Shown here: piece by piece, positions 51,726-64,000 of the stretch
Layout: every line of letters starts with the position of its first letter
How positions within the stretch are numbered: the first letter of the stretch is position 1
DNA from: Monocercomonoides exilis PA203
Lineage: Eukaryota > Protista > Preaxostyla
DNA length: 64,000 nucleotides
Assembly (NCBI GenBank): GCA_001643675.2
Contig: LSRY02000004.1
Span: forward strand, 1,178,001-1,242,000
Reading direction: 5' to 3'
Notes under the pieces: generated by a model
Seen by the model: only the letters and a program-made list of their open reading frames with translations
Told to the model about the DNA's origin: nothing
Database searches by the model: none
Translations under genes and position numbers: made by a program

Positions 51726-52989
51726 AAAAGTGAATCATTTTTTTCAATAAATCTTCATAAGAGTATTTTTTTCATCAGGAATGAGAAAATATATTGTATC
51801 TGAAGACGGATGCGAGAGGGCGAGGGTTGAAATAGAGAAACCAGAAATGGATGAAAACTAATATTCAAAATGAGTGTTTGCTTCATTTGCATTGAAAATA
51901 TTATTTCTGAATCATTGAACAGACGGAACACAGATTTGCATGTGAGAAAATTAAGGCTGCTTTACAACATTTCTGAATTCATGAATTCATTCGTTCATTC
52001 TTTCTTTGAAGTTTCTTTTTTCTCCTTCAATAAATATTTGAACATGCTTCAAGCATATTTCATTTTTTCCTCCTTTCATTTTGCTTTCGATTGTTTTTTC
52101 ATCTCATCACAGAAATTGAATCAATTCATTCAATGTTTTAATTTTTTTGAAAATTTTTTTAACTATTTTTATTTGATTCAGTAAATAATCAAAGACAAGC
52201 CCAATTAAAATCATCTTCTTTTCTTTCTTTTATCGTTTGCCAATCTGATTGAAAATCCACTTTGGCATTTTGAAAATGAAATGAGTATTTGTGTGATTTG
52301 AAGTTGACAAAGTCAAAGAGAACAAATGGAAGGAGGCTGTGAAAATGATCTGTCTGTGCAGATGAGGGTGATGTGAGGATCAACTGAAATGTTTTCAAAG
52401 CACGTTCCAATTCTAACTGCCTCCAATGCAAATTGGTTTTCAATTGATTTTGGCAACGATTGCTGTGAAAATAAGGAAAGAGTCTCATTTCCAGCCTCGG
52501 ATTCTCTGCCTCAGTTTAATCCCTGTCCAGATGCTACTCAATCACCTCTGATCTTCTTCATTTTCTTTGCAAAACGTCTTTTCGGTTAAGCTTCCTCTTT
52601 TCGAATTCTTTTTTAAAAACTCCCAGACAACAGCGTTTTTTATGTTGAGCGCCATTCCCAGGGACAATTCATTTAAAAGTAACATATTTGTGGATTATAT
52701 GGTTTCTTCTCCTTCTCCTTCTATATCTTCATTAGCAAGATTTTTTGAAAGTTGGCTGATGGAATGAATGCCTTCTTCGTATTTGAAAATACGCTTCTTG
52801 AATTTCCATCAAATTCTCATGTTGCAGAACAAAACAAATTCTCCGTCAGTTGTTGTTGTTGCTTATTTAAAAATTCGAAGTGGTAAATTGGTCTTCAATT
52901 TCTTCAAATTAGTCTTATTCGCCTTTGTTGCCCAGCTCGTCCAAAGAGAATCATTGAACTTGAATCATTCCATTTCTCTTTTTGATTCT

Positions 52990-53845
52990 TTTTCTTTTCT
53001 TCTTTTCTTCTTTTCTTCCTCTTCTTTCTCTTCTTTCTCTTCTTTCTCTTTTTCCTCTTCTTCCTCTTCTTCCTCTTCTTATTCCTCCTCCTCCTCTTCT
53101 TCTTCTTCGTCTTCTTCTTCACCTTCTTCACCTTCTTCACCTTCTTCACCTTCTTTGCCATCTTCGCCTTCTTCTTCTTCTTCTTCTTCTTCTTCTTCTT
53201 CTTCTTCTTCTTCTTCTTCTTCTTCTTCTTCTTCTTCTTCTTCTTCTTCTTCTTCTTCTTCTTCCTCTTCCTCTTCCTCTTCCTCTTCCTCTTCCTCTTC
53301 CTCTTCTTCTTCTTCTTCCTCTTCCTCTTCTTCCGCTCCTTCAACTTCTTCTTCTTCCTCCTCCTCCTCTTCTTCTTCTTCTTCTTCGTCTTCTTCTTCG
53401 TCTTCGTCTTCTTCTTCTTCCTCTTCTTCTTCTTCTTCCTCTTCTTTCTCTTTTTCCTCTTCTTCTTCTTCTTCTTCTTCTTCTTCTTCTTCTTCTTCTT
53501 CTTCTTCTTCTTCTTCTTCTTCTTCTTCTTCTTCTTCTTCTTCTTCCTCTTCCTCTTCCTCTTCCTCTTCCTCTTCCTCTTCCTCTTCTTCTTCTTCTTC
53601 CTCTTCCTCTTCTTCCGCTCCTTCAACTTCTTCTTCTTCCTCCTCCTCCTCTTCTTCTTCTTCTTCTTCGTCTTCTTCTTCGTCTTCGTCTTCTTCTTCT
53701 TCCTCTTCTTCTTCTTCTTCCTCTTCTTTCTCTTTTTCCTCTTCTTCTTCTTCTTCTTCTTCTTCTTCTTCTTCTTCTTCTTCTTCTTCTTCTTCTTCTT
53801 CTTCTTCTTCTTCTTCTTCTTCTTCTTCTTCTTCTTCTTCTTCTA
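52990..53845. repeat. (TCT/TCC)n tract with a 282-bp internal tandem duplication
   Basis: The marker TTCCGCTCCTTCAAC recurs at 53331 and 53613. The minus strand reads as poly-Glu following ..YIDDEDSTETGFRVNWIGGEI. Confidence 0.9.
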
Positions 53846-55006
53846 TTTCTCCGCCAATCCAATTTACACGAAAACCTGTTTCAGTGCTATCTTCATCGTC
53901 AATATAATCATATCGAAATCCTCTTCCTCTTCTTTATTTTTCAATTCTTCTTTCTCTTCGTTCCTTCAGCATTGCAAGCATCTTCACCCGAAAATAACAA
54001 AGTTTTAATTTCAATCCAAATGACAAATAAAACAATATCAAAGGCTTTTCTGATTCAATTCCTTTTTCGGAGCTGCTTTGCCCTCTTTCACTCATAATAT
54101 TCCGATCTCATTTGTTCTGACTGTCTTTCAACATACCACTCCACAAGCAGCCTCTCCTTTTGGATCGTCCTGTTAAATGCACCACACACAACTGTTCATG
54201 TTGCGAGAAGAGAGCTTTGTTCCATCATCCATTTTGTTAAATGACGCACCTTTTACTCAGAAATCATTCCCGTTTGTGGAATTAGAAATATCTTTGTGAG
54301 ACAGATTGGCATTTGTGTTTGTGCCAAAGTGGAGCACACTAAGAACACAAAATGAGAGAAGCAGAGGAGAATGAAATTAACTGAATATTATCTTTTTCAT
54401 CAGAAAAAATAACTTGAGGGGGCAGGGATTATAGAAAAGCAGTTTTGGAGAAGATGACACATGATGTTACCAGACAGAAGGAGAGACTCTGAAGATGATG
54501 ACAAGAAAAGGCGATTCGAAAAGATAGAAAAGTCAGCAAGCATGTGCCTTGCTGCTTGATATTGATATGAAAGATGATGATTACAGGCAAACGAGATGCA
54601 ACACTTTGCGAAACTTTATGTTCATTCAGAAAGCTCCACTTGGAAGAGGAAATAAAGCAACCTCTAAGAATTTCATTTTGATAAAGGAATTCTAAAGAAA
54701 GTGATCAATGAACAAAGGAGAACATTTTATTTGCAAAGAGATATGCCCATATAAGGTTATTGAAAGTTTGTTTATTCAAGATGGAAATTTTTTCTCCAAA
54801 CATTTATATTATTACTTTTCTCTTCTATTGAAAAGAAAGAATTTATAAATATCATTTTTCAAATGATTTTAATGATTCAGCAATATTCATAAATCAAACA
54901 TTCTTTGTACAATGCTCTGATATTTTTCGATATTTTTTAAGAAAAATAATTATGGATCGTGAATATAATAGATATTTAATAATTAAAAGACAAAATATTC
55001 CTTACG

Positions 55007-58000
55007 ATGTGGGTGCATTTGTCTTTTTTGGCATGCTTGCTTCTTGCCAACATTATTGAAGCATGGGGTGCCACACATATTCATTCGCTAAAAAATCCAG
55101 TTGCAAGCACAGATTTTCATTTGCATAATTTCCCAGTTTATTCGAATCAAGACGGTCCAAAAGATGTAAATTTTCTAACAAAAAACACTAATACAAATGC
55201 TATCGAGCTAAATGTTTCATTAGCGGTTAAAGGATTGCAGAATGGTGCATCGACTTCAATTAATTCTTTTTTTGGATTTTGCAATTCTTCAGTTGGATTG
55301 AAAAGTGTAACGCTTGAACATTCTTCCTCGCCATTCACGATAACAAAAGAAAAGTCGTGCATCATGCTGGATTCGTGCTTTTTTCAACAAAAATCGGTGT
55401 CTCCGTTTGATTTGCAAAGTGGGTCAATCTGCCTCACAAACATGACTTTGATCCCCCAAATGAATGTTAACCCCTCCAGTCTCATATTTTCATCGGATTA
55501 TTTAAATACTGTTATTTTGAGTGATTCCATTCTTTCGGACCTTGCTGTTTCGTCATCAAACTATTTTCTATTGTATGGAAAGGGCAAAAGTGAACAGATT
55601 TCTAACTGCGCCTTCAGGAACATGTCTGTGAAATCTGACAAGAACAGTGATTTTCAAATAGAGTATTCATGTCTGTTGAGTTTGATGGAAAATGCACTCA
55701 TTTATTCATGTGTGAATGTCTTTGAAGGAAGTATCTCGAGTGGTTCGCATTTTTCGCAGGAATTTATCTGCAAAAACATAACTACACACATCGGGAAAAG
55801 AGAAATGAATGCTCTTGAGAAAAAAGGGCAAATGAATTTAACAAATAGCCAATCATTTTCGTTGTGTGAATGGAAAGATTGCACATCCCCACAAGGAGGT
55901 GCTCTTAATGTGTATGACAACGAAAATGCAACTCTCACAGTTGAAAATTGTTCTTTAACAAGATGGAATGCTTCTTACACAAGAGGTGGAGGAATTTATC
56001 ATAAATAATCGCTGAATGCATTGTGCTTCATTCATCATTTACTCAATGCACATGTGCTTCATTAAAATGAGATGGTGGAGGAGGAATTAATATGCGACCA
56101 ACAAAAACTCAAAGACAGAAGCGATGCATTTCAAATTCATTTTTTGATAACTGCCAATGCAATTAAGGATATTGGAGGTGCCATTGAACATTGGGACTGT
56201 GTTGATCAAGTCATTATTTCGAATTGTCTCTTTTGTAATTGCTTTTCAATGCTTGGAGGAGGCGCTGTATGTCAAAGTGAAACATCAAGAAATAATGGAA
56301 TTTTATTTTATTATTGCTTTCTCCACAACAATACAAGTGAAACAGGAGGACACGACATTTCGTTTAAAGGTTCCACAACAAGTAATATTGATTTGAGTTG
56401 TTATTCAACAAGGCAAACATCAAATAGAGTAATTTTAATTGACAAACATTTTATTGACAAAAGTGAATGGCTTCGAAATGATGGAGGAAGAATCAGATTT
56501 GTCTCCTCAGTGTTGACCAAACCAAATGCAAAAGACACATATGCATGCGGAATTAATGAGTCCCATCCGCGTGGCACCATCAGCCATTGCCTCACTCAGC
56601 TGATCCCGGATGTTGTGAAGGATGTCCAGATACTCACAGGAACGATTGTTGAAACCAAAAGTGTGGATTGTGGCACAAACTCTTTCACAATATATGGCCA
56701 GAGTGGTTTGAGCACAACAGTGCAGACAGAATTGGAAGCAGCTGGGTTGTCTCTTTTTGCTGTCTCGACAGGCACATTGACTGCAAGGGACTTAACTCTT
56801 GTGCATAACGTTATTCATCCGAATAACCGTGGGTCAAGGCTGTTTGAGATTTCTGGAACAGGAGAGATGTATGTGAGCAGTCTGAACATATCTATTGGAA
56901 GTGGGCAATCAACAGAAACAGCATTCACAACAGAGCTGATCAATGTTCAGAATGGTATGCTGCAGATGGACAATGTGAACTGGGCAAAGACTATCTCCAC
57001 TGTTTCGTTGTTTTTTCTTTCTTCAACAAATGAGATCTCATTGACTCTTTCAGAATGTGATTTTGATGAGATTGAAAGAACAACCAGTGGAGCAGCTTTG
57101 ATGTCGTTTTCTAATGATAAGACAAATATCGGTCTAAATTCTTGCTTATTTTCTGGTTGTGGGAGCACAGGCTCAGAGAATGGAGGATCAATGATGTCAT
57201 GTGCAGGGAATGAAAATGAAGTGAAAGTGAATGGCGGATCTTTCGATGGATGCTTTTGCTCAACATCCAATGGTCTTGGGGGTGGAATTCTTCTTCAATT
57301 ATTGACTGAAAACCAAGATTTCCTGATTTCTTCTTCATTCGGAACAAACACAGCCAAATGGGGAAGTGATATCTTTGTCATTTCACCAGATTTGGAAGAA
57401 ACAGCAAAATCAGAAAAAATCACATGCGTTACGATATCATCAAATACTGCTGACAAGGTGAGGGGATATGACAATGGAAACACAAGTGTCTCTATTCCAC
57501 TGTGCATATATCTCCTTCCCGCTCCAGAAGAAATATTTGTGAGCAATTCTGAGGCATCCGATCACTCACATTGTGGAATAGCTGAGTTCCCTTGTTTGAC
57601 TTTGAAGCACTCGCTCACAAGGCAAAAAGCTTCAAAACGTGTGGTTGTGAGTGGATTGATTCCAGTTAACGAGGAATTTTTATTAACCAATCAGAAACAT
57701 GAAATCCGAGGAAATGATGATGAAAGTGGCTGGACAGTCTCTGATTCGAGTGCAACATCCAATTCAGCAATGGTAATAACAAGCGTTGAAACAGTCTTGT
57801 CAAAACTTATCTTCTCTCTTCCTTCTTCTTTTTCATCACATTCCACTTTTATTTCATCATCTTCTTCAACACTGATGCTGTTTCAATGTTCTTTAACTCT
57901 TCAAGATTCTTCATCAGAACTGGTATCCTTATTCTTATCCATTGCTTCAGGAATCCTGACAATTGATTCATTATCAGCTTCGTCAATCACTTTGAGCGGA

Positions 58001-61000
58001 AATCCATTGATCTCATTATCAGGAAGCATCACAAAGGCCGAGTTGATGAGCAATCAGTGGTTGAGCATGACTAACTGCCATTTTACAGAAATAGAAAGAG
58101 CAACTGGAAGTGGAGGGTGTGTGAGCATTGACAACAGCGATGATGAAGATTCAAACACACAAATTAATATTAAAGAATGTGATTTTGATGGATGCTCTGT
58201 TCTGGCTGACGAAAGCAGAGGAGGGGCAATTAATGTCCAGTTGAAAGGGAATACTCAATTGAATATCATTTCATGCACATTCACAGGATGCACAGCACCA
58301 ACTGGAGAGGAGAAATCTGACTTTGGGGGAGGGATGGCACTGAAGCTGATTGATGGCTTTTCTTCATTTGTAATTTCATCCCCTGTTTTTGGCACAAAAA
58401 AGCCAAATATTGCGAAAAATGGAAATGACCTGTTTGTTGAATCTCCAAACTTGACAAAGAGCATCACAAACACCTCGCTTCCATTTGTTTCTGAGAATCT
58501 GGCTGATATTTCCTTTGATTCAATGAGAGGCTTTGATGGGAGTGACACAACGAATGCTATTCCATTGGTTTATTTCTGGCGAGCGATTGGGACAGAGATA
58601 TTTATTGGGAGCGAAGGTTGTGATGTGTGTGTGTGTGGATTCTCAGATTATCCTTGTCTGTCGATGGATCATTCGTTGACAAGACTGGCAGAAGGAAACG
58701 AAAGGAACATTAACATTATTAGAAAAGGAATTCTTCAAAAAAGTGTTGATGTGAGCGAATATTCAATAAGCTCAAATAATACAGAAATGTGCTCATTGGA
58801 ATGTGTCTCATCGCTTGAGGGAGCAGAAGGAGCAGCAATGAAGATCCAGGGAATTACCAATTTCGAGCTGATGAAGTTTGTAATTCCATCTTCATTCGCA
58901 AGTGGAGTGAATGTTTTGATGCATGTTGGTTCAAGCGAGGGATTGTTGACTGTGAAAGACTGCTCATTCACAAAAAATGAAGAAAGCGGAGAAGAAATAA
59001 TCAGCTATGGGTTGATCAAGGCAGAAGGAGGGACAGCTGTGCTGGAATTTGTGACAATGCAATCGCTGTCTTTTTCACAAGATATTATTTCTGTGCTGTC
59101 GACAACAGCATTGAACATTAATAATCTGACAATGAAGAATGTTGAGCTGGAAGGAGCAAGCGGATTGAGTATTTCAAAGAGTTCAATGAGAGAAAAAAAT
59201 GAAATTGAACAAGATGTTCTCATTGAGTGGAGCTCATTCGAAGAAGTCACTCAGAACACAATCAATGATATTCCTATCATTCGAAATTATAATGATGAGC
59301 CATTGAAAATTGATATCAGAAACACAACGATGAAGAGATGCGGAGGAACAAGGTGTAGAAAGGGTGGAGGTATATTTTCTGTGTTGAATGAGGGAGGAAA
59401 GTTTGACTGCTTGTTTTCAACAATTTCTGAGTGCTTCTGCTCAACCACAGGAAGAGGCGGGTGGCTGTTTCTGGAATGCACCTCAACAGCCGAGCAGCCT
59501 CTGAACTTTGTGCTGTCGAATATCACGTTCAAGGATAACTCTGCTTTGAGGGGGAGAGACGTGTATGCGAGATGCCACTCAATCGAAACACAGATCTTTG
59601 AAAAGCAGTTCTTGCTGGATTTCAGAGCTCCGTTTGTGAAGGAGCGAGCGATATGGGGCTGCACAACAGACTTGCATGCGGGTGAAGAGGATCTGCTGCT
59701 GAGGGTTGTGAAATACCAGAGCGAGACGATCTTTGTGTCTTCTGCTGCAGACAACCACGAAGACAGCAAGCAATGCGGAGAGTTCAGCAAGCCTTGCGAG
59801 TCGCTGAATGAGGGGGTGCAGCACATCGTTCCGTCTCAATACTCCCAGCTGTTGGTATCGCACAAGACAGCCATCTGCGCGCCATGCAGCGCAACCAGCG
59901 TGAGCATCCGCTCGCTCGAGTCCCCGTCCTCTGCACTTGTCCATCTCGACACCCCCATCCAGCACTGTCCAGCCATCCTCGCAACCTCTGCAAACGTCCG
60001 GATCGAGTGTCTCGACTTCCTCTTCAGCCCGTCCTTTTCGCACACAGGCAGTGCTGTTGTGCGCCACACCGATGGCCACCTCTCGCTCTTCTTTGTCCAG
60101 TTTGCTTCCTCTGCCACTTCATCAGCCACCTCGCCAGCTGCACACCCGGCGCTCCTCAACTCCTCCCTGCTCGCCATCGAGAGTGGCCACCTGACTGTCG
60201 ACAACTGCTCCGTCCTGCACCTCGCGTTCGCTCTCCCGCCTTTCCTCCTCTCCGCTGCCGGCCATGTCGCCCTCTCAAACATAAACCTCCAGTACCTCCA
60301 GCTGTCAGCCAGCGCCTTCGAGTTCCGCCAGTGCCAGAGCGCATCTGCACACAGCGTGGCAGCCGAGCATCTGGTGTTTTCGCAGGGCAGCATCCTCTGC
60401 ATCCCCGCCACCGCCACAGGAGACATTGCCTTTTCCGGCTCGTCTTTCCGCAACTGCACAAATACAGACTCCAGCACCAGCACCAGCACCAGCACCAGCA
60501 CCAGCACCAGCACCAGCACCAGCACCAGCACCAGCACCAGCAACTCCTTTGGCTCGTCTGTGCTTTCTGTGACTTCCTCCTCTGCACACATAGCTCATCC
60601 CAACTTCACCTGCTCACAATGTGGCCCATCCTCTGACAACGATGCAGATGAACCGGCACAGCAGGGGAGCGTTGTGAGAGTGAGCAATGCAGCTGATTTT
60701 TCGCTGGCCATGTGTGTGTTTGAGGGAGCACAACCATCGAGAAAGGAGAGTTTGCCAACAATAATCCATCAATCGAAGGATACCCATCAGCAAGAAGAAA
60801 TATTGTGTGTGGAGACGTAGGAACATTACATGTGAATAGTTTGAAAGGTGGAGATGGGGTGCTGCCCAACACCTCGATGTGGATTCTGAATGAAGGGTGC
60901 ACTGTGGGAGGGATGGCTGAAGAAAGAGATTCTGTTTTCTTTATTCCGCGGCTGGATGGCGTGGAGGCTGAAGACAATGGAGGCGAGACAACATTGAAGT

Positions 61001-62631
61001 TCCATGGATCGCTTCTCTTGCCGTGCAACCTGTGGTTCCAGATGGCAACCACCGTTGGGTCAGCCTCGTCGATGGCAGCTCACCAGTTCGAGGCAGACGG
61101 GTTTGCGGGTGAGGGCGAGGCTGTGGGGGTGCTGCCATCAGGCGCCATCCGCTCGGCTCCAGAAGAGGCAGAAGTGTCTGTGTGCATTCTGTTTGGAAGA
61201 ATAGACTCTCCTTCATCAACCGAATCGTTTGTTCTGAAGAACAGAAGCGAATCTGAAATAAAAGGAGATGGAAGAATTGTTGAGGGAGGAAAAGAAGGGA
61301 AATCATCATGGGCGTTGATTGTGATCATTATGGCCACAGTTCTATTGATTGTTCTGATAGCACTTGTAATTTTTGTTGTTCGATGGAGGAAGCAAAAGAG
61401 ACGAACAGAAGAGCTGGAGGTGATTGTGGAAGACACAGTGAATAAGGATCCAAAGGTGTTTGAGATGGTGACGATGGAGATGTCTCCCGAGGAGCAGTGG
61501 AGGAGAGTGGCAGGGGATGTTGAGAAGAAGAATGAAGAGAGGATAAAGAAGATGGTGTATGATACGAATATGCAACATTATGAATCATCCGAGCATTTGT
61601 TGAGTGAGAGTGGGTCAACTGAATATATCCTGGGAAGAGACTCAGACAAAATTCCTGATTGGGTGTTGGAGAAGATTGACGAAAAAGAAGAGGAAGAGAC
61701 AAGAAAGAGAACACCATCACCATCCATTTCATCCACTTCAACAACCGATTCTGATTCAACTTTTGTTCGAAGGGAAGATCTGTGCCCAACTACCTCTTCG
61801 ATGTCGAATCTGGTGGATGTAATGGCCTGTTCATCGCCTCATGAAAAACTTATTGTTGATCTGAGGGATTCTTTGTTCATGCTGCTTCATGGAAAGAATG
61901 AGAAGAAGGAGATGGCAATCGGGACGGTGGAGGAGAGGGAGCAAACAGCTGCCCAAATCCTGTTCTGGGTGGCGAATCTTGCGCTCCACTCCTTTGATGA
62001 AATGGACAATCCACTCTCTTCTCTTGCCAATCTGAGTCCTCACATTGTATTGTTCTCCGAGCACATGGTCATTTGCATTGCGATGCACTCCGACTTCTCT
62101 TCTGATGATTCGGACTCATCATCCATCTCTTCATCGACTGTTGTGACATCTGCAAGCGACGACAATGATGATGACTCTCTGCCCTCATCAGCCTTTGAGG
62201 ATGAAGATAGTTTCAAAAAAGAGTGCTTGAGGTGGAAGGCACCTGAGCTGTTGATCAACAAGAAGATGGAAGCTACGAAGGAATCTGTTGCCTTTTCGAT
62301 CGGGATGATGCTGTGGGAGTGCTTGACGCTGAAGATCCCATTTGGTGAGTATGAGGCAGAGGTGGCGGGGCAGAAGATTGTGAATGGAGAGAGGCCAAAA
62401 ATCGAAGCAATCCAGAAGCAAACACTTAAAGAAATTGTAAAGCTATGTTTCTCGAGCAAGATGAACGAGCGTCCATCGCTTCTGCATTTGAAGAGAGAGT
62501 TTATACAGCTCTTTCCTCCAGGAGCTGTGATGCTCACTGTGTCTGATGCAGTAGATTATGACGAACCGTCCGTTCAAGATCAAACGCAATACAGGACTGG
62601 CCCAGAAAGCCAAAGTATTACCAATGCATGA
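55007..62631 (+). pseudogene. Large type-I membrane protein: signal peptide, beta-helix/Cys-rich ectodomain, TM helix, kinase-like C-lobe; frameshifted
   Basis: N-terminal hydrophobic leader; GGAI-type repeats and four CG....PC-like modules; TM WALIVIIMATVLLIVLIALVIFVV followed by RWRK; LRWKAPELL..VAFSIGMMLWECLT..PF..RP. Breaks at ~56005-56170 and ~60810. Confidence 0.8.
60475..60540 (+). repeat. (CACCAG)11 coding microsatellite (Thr-Ser repeat)
   Basis: Directly visible. Confidence 0.95.
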
Positions 62632-64000
62632 ATGGATACATACACATATTCCAGAAAGTTGTGCACTTCTTCTGATATCCTCACAGAATTGGCATCACCA
62701 ACATGAACTATCGCAAAGGATAGAGCACGAAGCACGAAGGATGTTGAAGGCATTTTATTTCTTGCAAGATTTCCGTTTATCCTCTTTTCGCAATTATGCA
62801 TTCTTCTTCTTTTGTTTTTTTAAATATATTTTCATATCACAAGATTTTGTATTTGCCTTTTTCCGAAACACATAGTTCAGCATCGAATGGACTGCAAATC
62901 TGCAAAATCCCGGATTATTTCTCTTTTTCATTTGCATTCAAAACTTTAAAAATGTTCATCAACCGATGCCGCAATACTGCCAACAGGAAGACGACTGCAA
63001 TCATAAGAATAAATAATAAAGCAATATGTTTCATGCCATGACATAGCGCAGCGTCCAATGCAATTGTCTTTCCATCTCTATAAGAATGGCATGATACAGA
63101 ATACAAATCCCCATTGCTGTTCGTTCGATTGTCTGCTCCTTTGATCTAATTGCTTCAGAATACTCAATGATACGGTGGTAAGAAAAAACTTTCGAGATGG
63201 CCTCTTTGTGGAAGATATCGTTATCTTTTCTCATCATCGAATTAAAAAAAAGCTCAAATCACAAAGGGGCAACAAATAAAGAGAAGCTTGACGTAGAAAT
63301 GCTCTGCACGGAAGAAGAAACAAAGTCCATTCTTTTTGCATTCGGCTGCGCTTTCGAAACAATGGAGAAAAAATTACTTGCTTCCATTTTGCATAAACGT
63401 ATCACATTACCCTCTCCAGAAGCAAATCCATTGCCATTTAATAGATTTTCGTGCCCTCACTCAAGAATCTTGAGAATTTCGCTTCATTTTTTTTCACATC
63501 TCAATAAATGTTTCCATTAGCAGCTCTTATCCCTCACAATTCCTTCTTCTCCTATTGTCCATTCTTTCGCAAAATCTTCAGTTCTCTCCTATTCCTGACC
63601 ACTTTAGCCACAAATAGCCTCGGCAATTCTTCTCTTCAGTCAAAACAAAACAAAACAAAACAAGACAAAATAAGGTAAAATAAAGGTCTCATCCTTTTTT
63701 TGTTTTGTTTTGTTGACTGAAACGAAAGCTACCTGTCAATGCATTGGCAAATGTCGAAAAGCCATCATTTGCGTGATAAAGGCACTAATATTTCTAATCC
63801 GCTTGACAATAGAGAAGAGAAGGTAAATCCGGCGCAAGTGACTCCTGGAAAACACCACCAGTAAACTTCACATTATCTTCACAAGTTTTTCATAGAAAAC
63901 TGAACAGAATAACAATTTACACAATTAGAACGCTCAGATGCCAACGAAGACACAGAAAGCGAACCTGTAAATGATGACAATGAATAATTTTTGCTGATGC

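Noticed and set aside
52768-54097. Poly-Ser, poly-Leu, poly-Lys and poly-Arg ORFs
   Set aside because: These are stop-free frames of a TCT/TCC microsatellite.
1-64000. TAA/TAG reassigned to Gln to explain broken ORFs
   Set aside because: ORFs of 900-1580 codons contain no TAR while using CAA/CAG, and the breaks include TGA and frameshifts, so decay under the standard code fits better.

Overview
AT-rich eukaryotic DNA with short GT-AG introns, Ser/Glu low-complexity tracts and many decayed genes. The gene families and style strongly resemble an oxymonad (Monocercomonoides-like) genome; this is an inference. The window is dominated by mobile DNA. The most striking item is a ~6-kb Sola-like DNA transposon (21726-27710, GAG termini, 165-bp TIRs). 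Its spliced transposase ORF carries a complete USP/C19 deubiquitinase domain inserted between the N-terminal region and the CxxC/DDD catalytic core. A compact GC-rich structured RNA candidate follows the stop codon, and the element sits inside a near-perfect 1245-bp inverted repeat. A second, intact gene (6586-10119) shares the same N-terminal domain, the same intron position and the USP domain, but has no transposase core. Also present: two copies of a cargo-carrying non-autonomous hAT element (15-bp TIR, 8-bp TSD); a DIRS-type retroelement with ITRs and ICR; GGG-terminated MITEs with 4-bp TSDs; a possible 22-kb composite bounded by the same GGG termini; a Merlin/ISXO2 transposase relic; a four-level nested insertion; a Trp/Met-rich 35-aa repeat protein; and a frameshifted surface receptor with a kinase-like tail.
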